The notes below the pieces were generated by a model. The model ran no database searches. It saw nothing but the letters and a program-made list of their open reading frames with translations, and had not been told where the DNA came from. The position numbers and the translations under genes are program-made. Of a stretch of DNA of 64,000 nucleotides, positions 1 through 10,865 are shown one piece after another. Where the stretch lies: NCBI GenBank assembly GCA_963746535.1, contig CAVVBP010000007.1, forward strand, positions 684,149 through 748,148, in the 5' to 3' direction. The first letter of the stretch is position 1. Every line of letters begins with the position of its first letter. Source of the stretch: Vicinamibacterales bacterium. Lineage in GTDB: Bacteria > Acidobacteriota > Vicinamibacteria > Vicinamibacterales > JAMQPK01.

Positions 1-12
1 GCGACAGCGGGC

Positions 13-1848
13 GTGACGGATTCAGATCCTAATCCCCAATCCCAAATCACTACTCCCGACAGCAGGGCATCGGGTGATCGAGCCCTGGTCTATGTCGCGA
101 TCGGGCTGTCGGGTTTCTGCGCGCTCGCCGCACAGGTCATCTGGACGCGCATCCTCAGCCTGCTGTTCGGCGCGTCCACCTATACCTTCTCGCTGATTCT
201 CGCGGTCTTTCTCATCGGGCTCGGCATCGGCAGCAGCCTCGGATCGGTCATCGCGAAAGGTGTCACGCGTCCGCGCGTGGCGCTGGGATGGTGCCAGTTG
301 CTGAACGTGGGCGCCATGGCATGGAGCGCGTGCATCCTGCTGAAGTCGCTGCCGTACTGGCCCATCAACACGTCGATCACGACGAGCATCTGGTACAACT
401 TCCAGCTCGATTTCGTCCGCGCGTTCTGGGCGGTCCTGCCGGGCCCGATTCTCTGGGGCGCCAGCTTTCCGCTGGCCCTGGCGGCCGTCGCGAGAAAAGG
501 TGAGGATCCCGGCCGGCTCGTGGGCGGCGTCTATGCCGCGAACACCGTCGGCGCGATCTTCGGATCGGTCATCGCCAGTCTCGTCCTCGTGTACTGGTTC
601 GGCTCGCAGCGCGCGCAGCAGGTGCTCATGATCGTGTCGGGTGTGTCCGGCCTGCTGCTGCTCGCGCCGGCCGAGCTGGGCGCCTCGACCAGCAAAAGAC
701 CGTTGCGCTGGATGGCCCCGGCGGCGCTGGTCGTGTCGCTTGGCATGGCCGCGTTCCTGATTCGAACGGTGCCGACCATTCCCGGCATCCTCGTCGCATA
801 CGGCAGGTACGCCGCGACGTGGCTCGGACAGGAAGGCGACATCTTTTACGTGGGCGAGGGACTGAGTTCGTCGGTCGCCGTGTCGCGCTACGGCGAGGTC
901 ATGAACTATCACAACGCCGGCAAGGTGCAGGCGTCCAGCCAGCCGCAGGACATGCGGCTGCAGCGCATGCTGGGGCATTTCACGACGCTCGTCCCGAAGT
1001 CGCCCAGGAAGGTGTTGGTCATTGGCTGCGGCGCGGGCGCGACGGCGGGGGCGGTGAGCATCGACCAGAACGTCGAGTCGCTCATCATCGCCGAAATCGA
1101 GCCGCTGGTGCCCCGCGTCGTGTCCGAGTATTTCGGCGAGCACAATTTCCATGTCGTCCGGAATCCCAAGACGCACGTCGTCATCGACGACGCGCGCCAC
1201 TATCTGCTGACGACCGATGAGAAGTTCGATGCGATTACGTCGGACCCGCTCGACCCGTGGGTGAAGGGCGCCGCCACGCTCTACACCAAAGAGTTCTTCG
1301 AGCTGGCGAAGTCGAAGTTGAACCCCGGCGGCACGGTCACGCTGTTCGTGCAGCTCTACGAGAGTACGCCCGAGGCGGTGAAGAGCGAGATCGGCACGTT
1401 CTTCGACGTGTTCCCGAACGGGGTCATCTGGGGCAATACGCACCAGGGACGGGGCTACGACACCGTGCTGATGGGCACGGTCGATCCGCCGCAGTTCAAC
1501 GTGGACGAGTGGGAAGCGCGGCTCAACAGCCCGCAATACGCGGCGGTCAAAGAATCGCTGCGCGAGATCAGCATCTATTCGGCCGTGGACTTGTTCGCCA
1601 ACTACGCCGGCCGCGCGTCAGAGATGAAGGCCTACCTCGCGGACGCGCAAATCAACCACGACCGCGATCTGCGGCTGCAGTATCTGGCGGGGCTCGGGCT
1701 GAACCTCTATCAGAGCGGACCGATCTACGCGGAAATCCTGCGGCACAAGAAGTATCCGGAAGGGCTGTTCACCGGCTCGCCCGAGACGATGCAACGGTTG
1801 CGGGCGGCCATCGCGAGCGCGCCGGGCGGGGATGCGCAATCCCAATAA
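13..1848 (+). CDS. Membrane-anchored spermidine-synthase-like protein (polytopic N-terminal region, aminopropyltransferase/SAM-fold domain, helical tail)
   Basis: 611-aa track ORF. It has several hydrophobic helices (LVYVAIGLSGFCALAAQVIW, TFSLILAVFLIGLGIG). These are followed by VLVIGCGAGATAG...IAEIEP...DDARHYL...FDAITSDPLDPW, typical of the spermidine synthase family. The first ~12 codons translate a CCTAATCCC-type repeat, so the true start (GTG 13 or later) is uncertain. Confidence 0.8.
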   Translation: MTDSDPNPQSQITTPDSRASGDRALVYVAIGLSGFCALAAQVIWTRILSLLFGASTYTFSLILAVFLIGLGIGSSLGSVIAKGVTRPRVALGWCQLLNVGAMAWSACILLKSLPYWPINTSITTSIWYNFQLDFVRAFWAVLPGPILWGASFPLALAAVARKGEDPGRLVGGVYAANTVGAIFGSVIASLVLVYWFGSQRAQQVLMIVSGVSGLLLLAPAELGASTSKRPLRWMAPAALVVSLGMAAFLIRTVPTIPGILVAYGRYAATWLGQEGDIFYVGEGLSSSVAVSRYGEVMNYHNAGKVQASSQPQDMRLQRMLGHFTTLVPKSPRKVLVIGCGAGATAGAVSIDQNVESLIIAEIEPLVPRVVSEYFGEHNFHVVRNPKTHVVIDDARHYLLTTDEKFDAITSDPLDPWVKGAATLYTKEFFELAKSKLNPGGTVTLFVQLYESTPEAVKSEIGTFFDVFPNGVIWGNTHQGRGYDTVLMGTVDPPQFNVDEWEARLNSPQYAAVKESLREISIYSAVDLFANYAGRASEMKAYLADAQINHDRDLRLQYLAGLGLNLYQSGPIYAEILRHKKYPEGLFTGSPETMQRLRAAIASAPGGDAQSQ

Positions 1849-1853
1849 CCTGA

Positions 1854-1956
1854 ATTGGCAGATTGGTAGATTGGCAGATTGGTAGATTACGGGATTGGCA
1901 GATTGAAAGTTCGGTAGTCGTAATCTACCAATCTACCAATCCGCCCATCTTCCAAT
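1854..1956. repeat. Long imperfect hairpin built from GATTGG(C/T)A octamer tandem repeats, between convergent genes
   Basis: The left arm 1854..1891 equals the reverse complement of the right arm 1919..1956 at 33 of 38 positions (hand alignment). It begins 6 nt after the stop at 1846..1848 and ends 2 nt before the minus-strand stop at 1958..1960. It belongs to the same repeat family as 33687..33799. Confidence 0.85.
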
Positions 1957-1957
1957 G

Positions 1958-2149
1958 CTAGAGTCGGCCATAGACCTCGTCCTCGAACCGTCCCAGGAAC
2001 TTGGCCTCCACGAGCGAGCGCAGCACGGTCTCGCAGACCCCCCTCTCGAGCGTGAACAACCGCTGAGCCTGATCGATCCGCAGCCGCAAACCGGGCATTT
2101 CGATGAACTCACTTCGGACGCGGTTGAGTAGGTGACTGGATGGGCTCAT
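1958..2149 (-). CDS. Small hypothetical protein, winged-helix-like (63 aa)
   Basis: This is the tail of track ORF 1958..2314. An internal ATG at 2147..2149 gives MSPSSHLLNRVRSEFIEMPGLRLRIDQAQRLFTLERGVCETVLRSLVEAKFLGRFEDEVYGRL, which reads like a small HTH/winged-helix protein. The 55 codons upstream in the ORF look non-coding. Function unknown. Confidence 0.5.
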   Translation of the reverse strand: MSPSSHLLNRVRSEFIEMPGLRLRIDQAQRLFTLERGVCETVLRSLVEAKFLGRFEDEVYGRL

Positions 2150-2527
2150 GACGTTTCTCCGTTGCCCAAGATAGCAACGCCCGTACCACAGGCCGGCGGA
2201 ACGGCATTGTCGCGTTTTCAGGCCTGTTTTTGCAATTTTGCTCGCGTCTGCGCACGCCCGCAAGGCCCTTATTCCGACAATCACGTCGATACTTGCCAAC
2301 ATGGTCACAAACATGTAGGATTACACCCTGAAACGCGCGATACGCGCGTTCTGGCGGGCGACGGAAATGTCGGGCGGGGTTGTGTCGTATCCACAAATGT
2401 AGGGCCAGTGCAAAACGACTCATTTCACGATATTCGGGGGCCTCACGGGCGTGCGGCCGATAGAAAGTCAAGAGTCTATAGAACCGTCGGACGTCCAGAG
2501 GCGTCTAAACCGGTGAGGAGCGAGCGA

Positions 2528-2686
2528 ATGGCAAGAAGAACCAACGCAGCCGTCGGGGTAGTTTGTCCGAGATGCGGAATGCTGGCCGCGCGAATTATCG
2601 GGCGATCGGAGAGTTTGCCCGTGATTTACCTGCAATGCGAAGATTGCGGCCGTACGTCGGTGGCGCCAAGCGGCGAACAGGCGTAA
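2528..2686 (+). CDS. Small zinc-ribbon protein (52 aa)
   Basis: This is the tail of track ORF 2132..2686. ATG 2528 is preceded by a GGTGAGGAG Shine-Dalgarno-like stretch. The product MARRTNAAVGVVCPRCGMLAARIIGRSESLPVIYLQCEDCGRTSVAPSGEQA has two CxxC pairs. A canonical terminator follows. Confidence 0.5.
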   Translation: MARRTNAAVGVVCPRCGMLAARIIGRSESLPVIYLQCEDCGRTSVAPSGEQA

Positions 2687-2716
2687 CCGTCCGGCCGTCG
2701 GCAGACCCAGGAGCAC

Positions 2717-2752
2717 AGCCGGGATTGAGGCACCCCTCATCCCGGCTTTTTT
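2717..2752 (+). terminator. Rho-independent terminator
   Basis: There is a perfect 9-bp stem AGCCGGGAT (2717..2725) / ATCCCGGCT (2739..2747) with a 13-nt loop, then a T-run to 2752. It lies about 30 nt after the zinc-ribbon ORF stop. Confidence 0.7.
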
Positions 2753-2760
2753 ACGTACCT

Positions 2761-2990
2761 TTACATTTTTGCCATCTGCCATCTGCCATTTTGTCTAGAG
2801 AGCAGCTCACGTAACCGTGCATACCCACTTTTACTGATAGGTAATTCGGTGGCGTCGATGAGCACCGCGATCCGGCTGTCGCTCAGCCCCATCTCGATTT
2901 TCGCGAGCCTGGACAGGTTGAGGATGTACCGGCGATGGATGCGCACGAACGCGGCCGGCTCGAGCAGCGTTTCCAGCTCGCCGAGCGGCT
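2761..2990 (-). pseudogene. LytTR DNA-binding domain fragment (C-terminal half only, no N-terminal domain, no credible start)
   Basis: The minus-strand frame reads ...SQPLGELETLLEPAAFVRIHRRYILNLSRLAKIEMGLSDSRIAVLIDATELPISKSGYARLRELL. This matches the LytTR core (F-x-R-I-H-R-S-Y-I-V-N-L ... V-S-R). Upstream the frame degenerates into Arg/Pro-rich junk opposite the start of the 3021 gene. Only the track ORF 2761..2946 has a GTG. Confidence 0.55.
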
Positions 2991-3020
2991 GCGAACGGCG
3001 TCCCGCCCCTATAATGCGCT

Positions 3021-4652
3021 GTGCGCGCTCTCGGCCTTGCGCTTGTTGCCGGCGGCATGGTCTTCGCCAGTGCCGTCGCGGGCGGCTTGTCCGTCGAAGC
3101 GCGACAGGGAAGCGCGGGCGGCCCGTCCGGCGCCGAGCACGCGAACGTCGACCGCGCGTTTCAGGCCTTCTGGTCGGCCCGCGATCCGAAGGGCGCGGCC
3201 GAACGGGTCGACGCCATCCTCAGCACCGGCGTCACGTTCGAGGATGCGTTGACGCGCCTGCGGCAGGGGCGCGAGTACGACCCCGGCGTCTCCCGCGGCC
3301 GTCAGTTCGGCCGCCATCGGACGTCCGACGGCATCGAGCAGCTGTACGCGTTCGTCGTGCCGGACACCTATGATTCGACGCGGCCGCACCAGGTACGCGT
3401 GCAGTTGCATGGCGGCGTTGGGCGGCCGAGACCGCCCGCCATCAACCGGATTCGGGTCGATGCGCTGCCCGGCGTGGTGGACGAAATCTCCGTCTTTCCG
3501 GCCGGCTGGTCTGAATCGATGTGGTGGTCGGCGGCACAAACCGACAACCTCAACAGGATTCTCGACCAGCTGAAGCGCGCGTACAACGTCGACGAAAACC
3601 GCGTGTATCTGACAGGTGCGTCCGATGGTGGTACGGGTGCGTATTTCATTGCTTTCAAGGACACGACCCCCTGGGCCAGCTTCCTGCCGCTGATTGGCGA
3701 CATGATGGTGCTCGCGAGTCCGTCGGTGCGCGCTGATGGCGAGATGTTTCCCGGCAACGCCGTCAACAAGCCGTTCTACATCGTCAACGGCGGGCGCGAT
3801 CGGCTGTACCCGGCGCATGTGACACAGGTGTACGCAAACCACCTGCGCGTGCTGGGAGGCACCGTCGTGTTTCGTGTGTACGCGGAGTCGGACCATTCGA
3901 CGTCGTGGTGGCCCGACGAGCGCGTGTCGTTCGAGGAATTCGTGCAGGAGCACCCGCGCGAGCCGCTGCCGGACAAGGTGTCGTGGCAGACCGAGCGGAC
4001 CGACCGCTACAACCGCGCGCATTGGCTGGTGATCGATCGCCTGGGCGGGGTGCCCGGCGAAAGCCATCTTGTCGATACCAATTTGCTCCAGCGCGGCCGC
4101 GAGCTCGACTTCGGCCTGCGGATCAGTTCCGCCGTCGATCGCGGTCGTCGCGCCCACGAAGTCGTCCAGGGCTCGAACGCGTTTCAGATCGGGCTGCGGC
4201 AGGGCGATCGATTCGTGGAAATCAACGGGACGACCGTGCAGACCGGACGCGACATCGCTGAGGGCATGGAGGCGTGGAACGTCGGCGACCCGCTGCGTTT
4301 CGTCGTCGAGCGCGACGGCAAACGGCTCGTGCTGGAGGGCGTGTTTCAGCCGATCGAGGTCGACGTGCCGCCGGCGCCGATCTTTCCTCGAAAGAAGCCG
4401 TCGGGCCGCGTCGATCTCGTGCGCCGTGGCAATGTCGTCGAAGCCTCGACCGAAGGCGTGCGGGCATTCACGCTCCTCGTCTCGCCCTCGGTCTTCGATT
4501 TCCGCCGGCCGATTCGCGTGGTGGCGAACGGCCGTCCCGTGTTCGACGGATTGGTCGAGCCGAGCGTGGCCACCATGCTGAAATGGGCCGCGCGCGACAA
4601 CGACCGGACGATGCTCTTCGGCGCCGAGCTGACGATAGACCTGAGCAAATGA
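3021..4652 (+). CDS. Secreted alpha/beta-hydrolase (esterase/peptidase-like) with C-terminal PDZ domain
   Basis: 543-aa ORF with an N-terminal signal-like MRALGLALVAGGMVFASAVAGG. It has a GxSxG nucleophile context (YLTGASDGGTGAY). A PDZ-like segment follows (VVQGSNAFQIGLRQGDRFVEINGTTVQTGRDIAEGM...LRFVVERDGKRLVLEG). Confidence 0.8.
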   Translation: MRALGLALVAGGMVFASAVAGGLSVEARQGSAGGPSGAEHANVDRAFQAFWSARDPKGAAERVDAILSTGVTFEDALTRLRQGREYDPGVSRGRQFGRHRTSDGIEQLYAFVVPDTYDSTRPHQVRVQLHGGVGRPRPPAINRIRVDALPGVVDEISVFPAGWSESMWWSAAQTDNLNRILDQLKRAYNVDENRVYLTGASDGGTGAYFIAFKDTTPWASFLPLIGDMMVLASPSVRADGEMFPGNAVNKPFYIVNGGRDRLYPAHVTQVYANHLRVLGGTVVFRVYAESDHSTSWWPDERVSFEEFVQEHPREPLPDKVSWQTERTDRYNRAHWLVIDRLGGVPGESHLVDTNLLQRGRELDFGLRISSAVDRGRRAHEVVQGSNAFQIGLRQGDRFVEINGTTVQTGRDIAEGMEAWNVGDPLRFVVERDGKRLVLEGVFQPIEVDVPPAPIFPRKKPSGRVDLVRRGNVVEASTEGVRAFTLLVSPSVFDFRRPIRVVANGRPVFDGLVEPSVATMLKWAARDNDRTMLFGAELTIDLSK

Positions 4653-4704
4653 CAGGAACAGAAGATCACAAGATCAGAAGTGTGGCTTTCGAAAAGAAAG
4701 TCTC

Positions 4705-4777
4705 GACGCAGAGACGCAAAGGCGCAGAGAATCCTTTGTCTTAGAGGAATGTCTCTGCGGCTCTGCGACTCTGCGTC
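4705..4777. repeat. Imperfect hairpin of the GACGCAGAG repeat family
   Basis: The left arm 4705..4730 (gacgcagagacgcaaaggcgcagaga) matches the reverse complement of 4752..4777 at about 22 of 26 positions. An A8 run follows. A homologous copy lies at 47615..47685. Confidence 0.8.
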
Positions 4778-4794
4778 AAAAAAAAGGAAAAACG

Positions 4795-5385
4795 TTGGAG
4801 CACAGGATTACGCAGTACCCACTCGAGCAAGGCGCGCTGGAGATTGAATACATCGAGGAATACTTCGGCGAGTACAAGCGCCGAAAGACCTCGTCCGAGA
4901 TCCTCGGGCGGCTGCAGAACCGCGACCACCTCATCCTGATGGCCATGGCGCCGCTGCCCGACGACCCCGGCGCGGTGGTCCCTGTTTCCTACAAGGTCGC
5001 CCACGAAATCCGGCCGAACGAAGAGATTCCGAAGCTGGCGGATCTTGTGCAGCGTTTGCGCGAGCACGTAAATTTCGATCGCCGTATCCTCTACACCTGG
5101 ATTGGCGGCACCCGCCGCGACTGGCGCGGCCAGGGCCACTTCCGTGCGCTCACCGAGCAGCAGGAAGCGTGGGCGATCGACAACGGCTTCGACGAGATCC
5201 TCGTGAAAACGAAAAACAAGTTCTACGAGATGCGCGGCACCCTCGACCACCTGCGCTTCGACGTCGTCAAATACGAACCGCACGCCGACAACCACGAATC
5301 GAAGGTGTATCTGAGCAAGCGGCTGAGCCAGCAGGTGCTCGACGCGCACCGGAGCATGAGGACGGTGGTGACGGCGGGAGACTGA
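4795..5385 (+). CDS. GNAT-family N-acetyltransferase-like protein
   Basis: 196-aa ORF with a TTG start (uncertain). The segment WIGGTRRDWRGQGHFRALTEQQEAWAIDNGFDEILVKTKNKF resembles GNAT motif A (R/Q-x-x-G-x-G/A) plus the following helix-strand. Confidence 0.65.
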   Translation: MEHRITQYPLEQGALEIEYIEEYFGEYKRRKTSSEILGRLQNRDHLILMAMAPLPDDPGAVVPVSYKVAHEIRPNEEIPKLADLVQRLREHVNFDRRILYTWIGGTRRDWRGQGHFRALTEQQEAWAIDNGFDEILVKTKNKFYEMRGTLDHLRFDVVKYEPHADNHESKVYLSKRLSQQVLDAHRSMRTVVTAGD

Positions 5386-5425
<40 letters not shown>

Positions 5426-5428
5426 TGC

Positions 5429-5492
5429 GGTAGCGCAGGGCTTTAGCCCTGCCGATGAGAGTGCGTGCGGTGGCGCAGGGCTTCAGCCCTGC
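5429..5492. repeat. Two REP-like hairpins (GCAGGGC-TTYA-GCCCTGC)
   Basis: 5435..5452 reads gcagggctttagccctgc and 5475..5492 reads gcagggcttcagccctgc. Each is a perfect 7-bp GC stem with a 4-nt loop, preceded by GGT(A/G)GC. They follow a (GTAGAAA)n tract at 5386..5424. Confidence 0.85.
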
Positions 5493-5587
5493 CCGAACCA
5501 TGCGGCGGTCTGTACATCACACGAAAATCCCGCTACACTGCTTCGAGTTTTTCCTTCGCGTCTTCGCGGTGAGACATAGAACAGGGC

Positions 5588-7981
<2,394 letters not shown>

Positions 7982-8140
7982 GGCGAGGGCTTGTTATGGC
8001 AGATCGCAGATGGCAAATGGCAGAGCGATGTGCCCGTTTGCACACTCGTACTTTTCGATTGCGTTTGCTACAATCCACTCCATTCATGACTAATCCCTAA
8101 TCCCTGGTCATAATCACGGTCAGCGTAAGAACAGCGTTCA

Positions 8141-10042
8141 ATGGCCTATACCGCAAAAGACATCACCGTACTCGAAGGGCTCGAGCCGGTTCGCCGCCGC
8201 CCGGGGATGTACATCGGCGGCGTCGGCAGTTCCGGCCTGCACCATCTGGTCTGGGAAATCCTCGACAACTCGATCGACGAGGCGATGAACGGTCATGCGT
8301 CGAATATCTGGGTGACCCTGCACAAGGATGCCTCCTCGATCACGATCGAAGACGACGGGCGGGGCATTCCCGTCGACAAGCATCCGACGAGCAAGAAGAG
8401 CGCGCTCGAGGTCATCTTCACCGTGCTCCACGCCGGCGGGAAATTCGATCACGGCAATTACAAGACGGCCGGTGGCCTGCACGGCGTCGGCGCGAGCGTC
8501 GTCAATGCGCTCTCGAAAGAGCTCGTTGCCACCGTGCGGCGCGATGGCGCCGAGTGGGAGCAGCGATTCAAGCAGGGCAAGCCGCTCGGGCCGCCGAAGA
8601 AAGTCGGTGCGGCACGTGGCAGCGGCACGAAGGTGTACTTCCATCCCGATCCGGGCATCTTTCCCAGGATCGAGTTCGACGCGGCCGTCATCCGCGAGCG
8701 GCTCGAAGTGGCGAGCTACCTTCACAAAGGCCTGAAGCTCTCGTTCGAGGACGAGAGCGAGAAGACCAAACAGAGCTTCGAGCACACCGAAGGGCTGCTG
8801 GCGTACCTGAAGAAGATCGTCGCCGAGAGAGGCGCCAAGGCGGTTCACGAGACAACGTTCCTGCTGGAGAAGCAGAACGGGATGCGGGTGGATCTGGCGC
8901 TCCAGTGGACCGAAGCGACCGACGAGCACCTTCGCAGCTACGTGAACGGCATCCCGACCGGGTCGGGCGGCACGCACGAGAACGGCATGCGCGCCGGCCT
9001 CGGCAAGGCGATGCGCAATTACATCGACACGCACAATCTGTCGCCCAAAGGCGTGACGCTGACGGCCGAAGATATTCGCGAAGGTATGACGGGCGTCTTG
9101 AGCGTGTTCGTTGCCGAACCGCAGTTTCAGGGGCAGACCAAAGATCGGCTGAACAACCCCGAACTGTTGTCCGCGGTCGATTCGGTCGTGCGCCCGGCGC
9201 TCGAGCACTGGCTGAACCACAACCGGAGCGTCGCCGAGTCGATCGTGGCTCGCGTGATTCTGGCGGCGCGGGCGCGCGAGGCGAGCCGCGCGGCGCAGGC
9301 GGAGGTGACGCGCAAGAGCGCCACGTCGGGCCGGCTGAACCTGCCCGGCAAGCTGAGCGACTGTACCGGAAGCGGACGCTCCGATTCGGAGCTCTTCGTC
9401 GTCGAAGGAGATTCGGCGGGCGGGTCGGCGAAGCAGGGGCGCGATCGCACGCGGCAGGCCATCCTGCCGCTGCGAGGCAAGGTGTTGAACACCGAGAACG
9501 CGTCGCTGGCGAAAGTGCTCGAAAACAAAGAGCTGTCGGATCTGGTCACGGCGCTGGGGTGCGGCCTGGGCAAGAACTTCGATCTCTCGCGGCTGCGATA
9601 CGGCAAGCTCATCATCCTCGCCGACGCCGATTCCGACGGCAACCACATCGCGACGTTGCTCCTGACCTTTATCTACCGCCACATCCCGCAGCTCTTGAAA
9701 GAGGGGAAGATCTACCTCGCGCAGCCGCCGCTCTACCGTATCGACATCGGGAAGGAGACGTTCTGGGCGCTCGACGACGCGCAGCGTGATGCGATCCTGA
9801 AGAAGCACGGCAACGGCCGCGGCAAGCCCGAGATCACGCGCTTCAAGGGGCTCGGCGAGATGATGCCGAAGGTGTTGTGGGAAACGACGCTGAACCCGAA
9901 GACCCGTCGGCTCCTGCGAGTCGATGTCTCCGACCAGATCGCGACCGACCGCGTGATCAACGAGCTGATGGGGAAGGACGCGAGCGCGCGATTCCGGTTC
10001 ATCATGGATCGCGCGGAAGAAGCGCAGGAGCTCGACGTTTAG
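8141..10042 (+). CDS. Type IIA DNA topoisomerase subunit B (GyrB/ParE family)
   Basis: 633 aa. GHKL ATPase motifs are present (EILDNSIDEA, DDGRGIP, GGLHGVGASVVNALS). Toprim motifs are present (VVEGDSAGGSAKQGRDR, PLRGKVLN, DADSDGNHI). It lies directly downstream of the A subunit. Confidence 0.9.
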   Translation: MAYTAKDITVLEGLEPVRRRPGMYIGGVGSSGLHHLVWEILDNSIDEAMNGHASNIWVTLHKDASSITIEDDGRGIPVDKHPTSKKSALEVIFTVLHAGGKFDHGNYKTAGGLHGVGASVVNALSKELVATVRRDGAEWEQRFKQGKPLGPPKKVGAARGSGTKVYFHPDPGIFPRIEFDAAVIRERLEVASYLHKGLKLSFEDESEKTKQSFEHTEGLLAYLKKIVAERGAKAVHETTFLLEKQNGMRVDLALQWTEATDEHLRSYVNGIPTGSGGTHENGMRAGLGKAMRNYIDTHNLSPKGVTLTAEDIREGMTGVLSVFVAEPQFQGQTKDRLNNPELLSAVDSVVRPALEHWLNHNRSVAESIVARVILAARAREASRAAQAEVTRKSATSGRLNLPGKLSDCTGSGRSDSELFVVEGDSAGGSAKQGRDRTRQAILPLRGKVLNTENASLAKVLENKELSDLVTALGCGLGKNFDLSRLRYGKLIILADADSDGNHIATLLLTFIYRHIPQLLKEGKIYLAQPPLYRIDIGKETFWALDDAQRDAILKKHGNGRGKPEITRFKGLGEMMPKVLWETTLNPKTRRLLRVDVSDQIATDRVINELMGKDASARFRFIMDRAEEAQELDV

Positions 10043-10095
10043 AGTCGCAAGGCGCGGGTCGAGAGTCGCAAGGCGCACGTCGACGAGTACGTAGT

Positions 10096-10113
10096 GTCCG
10101 GCTTTAGCCGGAC
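10096..10113. repeat. REP-like hairpin variant (GTCCGGC-TTTA-GCCGGAC)
   Basis: Perfect 7-bp stem with a TTTA loop. It is preceded by a duplicated gagtcgcaaggcgc motif at 10041..10075. Confidence 0.75.
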
Positions 10114-10304
10114 CGTGTCCCAGCGGTGGCACAGGCGGGCGTTCGGATTACGGCGAGCGATCTCAGGCGATTTCAACGGCCGTCCGTTCGAGCGCGACGG
10201 CGACGAACTAATCGTCGAGGCGCGCCGGCCGAAAACGGATCCCGGCACCGTTTCCCGGCTATGACGAGCGGGCTGCGCGATGCCGCCACGGTGATGATCG
10301 CCGA

Positions 10305-10865
10305 ATGATCGCACGCTGGCTGTCGATCATCTTTCACCCGTTCGTCATGGTCGGGGTGATGGTCGGGACGGCGGCCGCGGAGCGGCAAACCGCCGGAGAG
10401 GCGCTGCGCACTTTGTCGATCGTCGTGCTCTTTACGATCGTGCCGCTGGCGATCCTGATGGTACGGCAGGTGCGCCGCGGCGCCTGGGTCAATGTCGATG
10501 CGTCCAACCGGAGCGAACGCCCGATCCTGTACGTGGTCGGCGGCGCGGCCCTCCTGGCGTTGCTGGCGTATCTCGTTGTGCTTCGACCGCAATCCTTCAT
10601 GGTCCGCGGCGCGCTGGTGACGCTCGGCATGATGGCGTGCTGCGCGATCCTGACCAAGTGGATCAAGGTCTCGCTCCACATGGCGTTCGCCACGCTGGCC
10701 GCGACGGCCCTGGTACTGACGCGCTCGCCGGTCGGCTATGCTCTGCTGATGGCGCTGCCGGCGCTCGTGTGGTCGCGTCTCACGCTCGAGCGGCACACAC
10801 GGCCTGAAGTGGCACTGGGGACGATCATCGGCGCGGCCGCCGGTGCCGCGCTGCATTACACATGA
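10305..10865 (+). CDS. Integral membrane protein (weak PAP2-phosphatase-like C-terminal motifs)
   Basis: 186 aa with about 5-6 hydrophobic helices. The segments SLHMAF...WSRLTLERHTRPEVALG faintly resemble PAP2 motifs (S-x-H ... S-R-x5-H-x3-D). The functional call is weak. The stop overlaps the next start (ATGA at 10862..10865). Confidence 0.55.
   Translation: MIARWLSIIFHPFVMVGVMVGTAAAERQTAGEALRTLSIVVLFTIVPLAILMVRQVRRGAWVNVDASNRSERPILYVVGGAALLALLAYLVVLRPQSFMVRGALVTLGMMACCAILTKWIKVSLHMAFATLAATALVLTRSPVGYALLMALPALVWSRLTLERHTRPEVALGTIIGAAAGAALHYT

Noticed and set aside
22-1536. 504-aa minus-strand ORF overlapping the spermidine-synthase-like gene
   Set aside because: Its composition is Arg/Asp/His/Gly-rich with no recognisable motif. 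It is the antisense shadow of a well-supported gene, which is the typical high-GC mirror-frame artefact.
2150-2527. Small RNA or sigma-54 promoter in the 378-nt divergent spacer
   Set aside because: A GG-N-GC arrangement near caggcctgtttttgca has the wrong spacing by one nucleotide. I could not recognise any conserved RNA structure.
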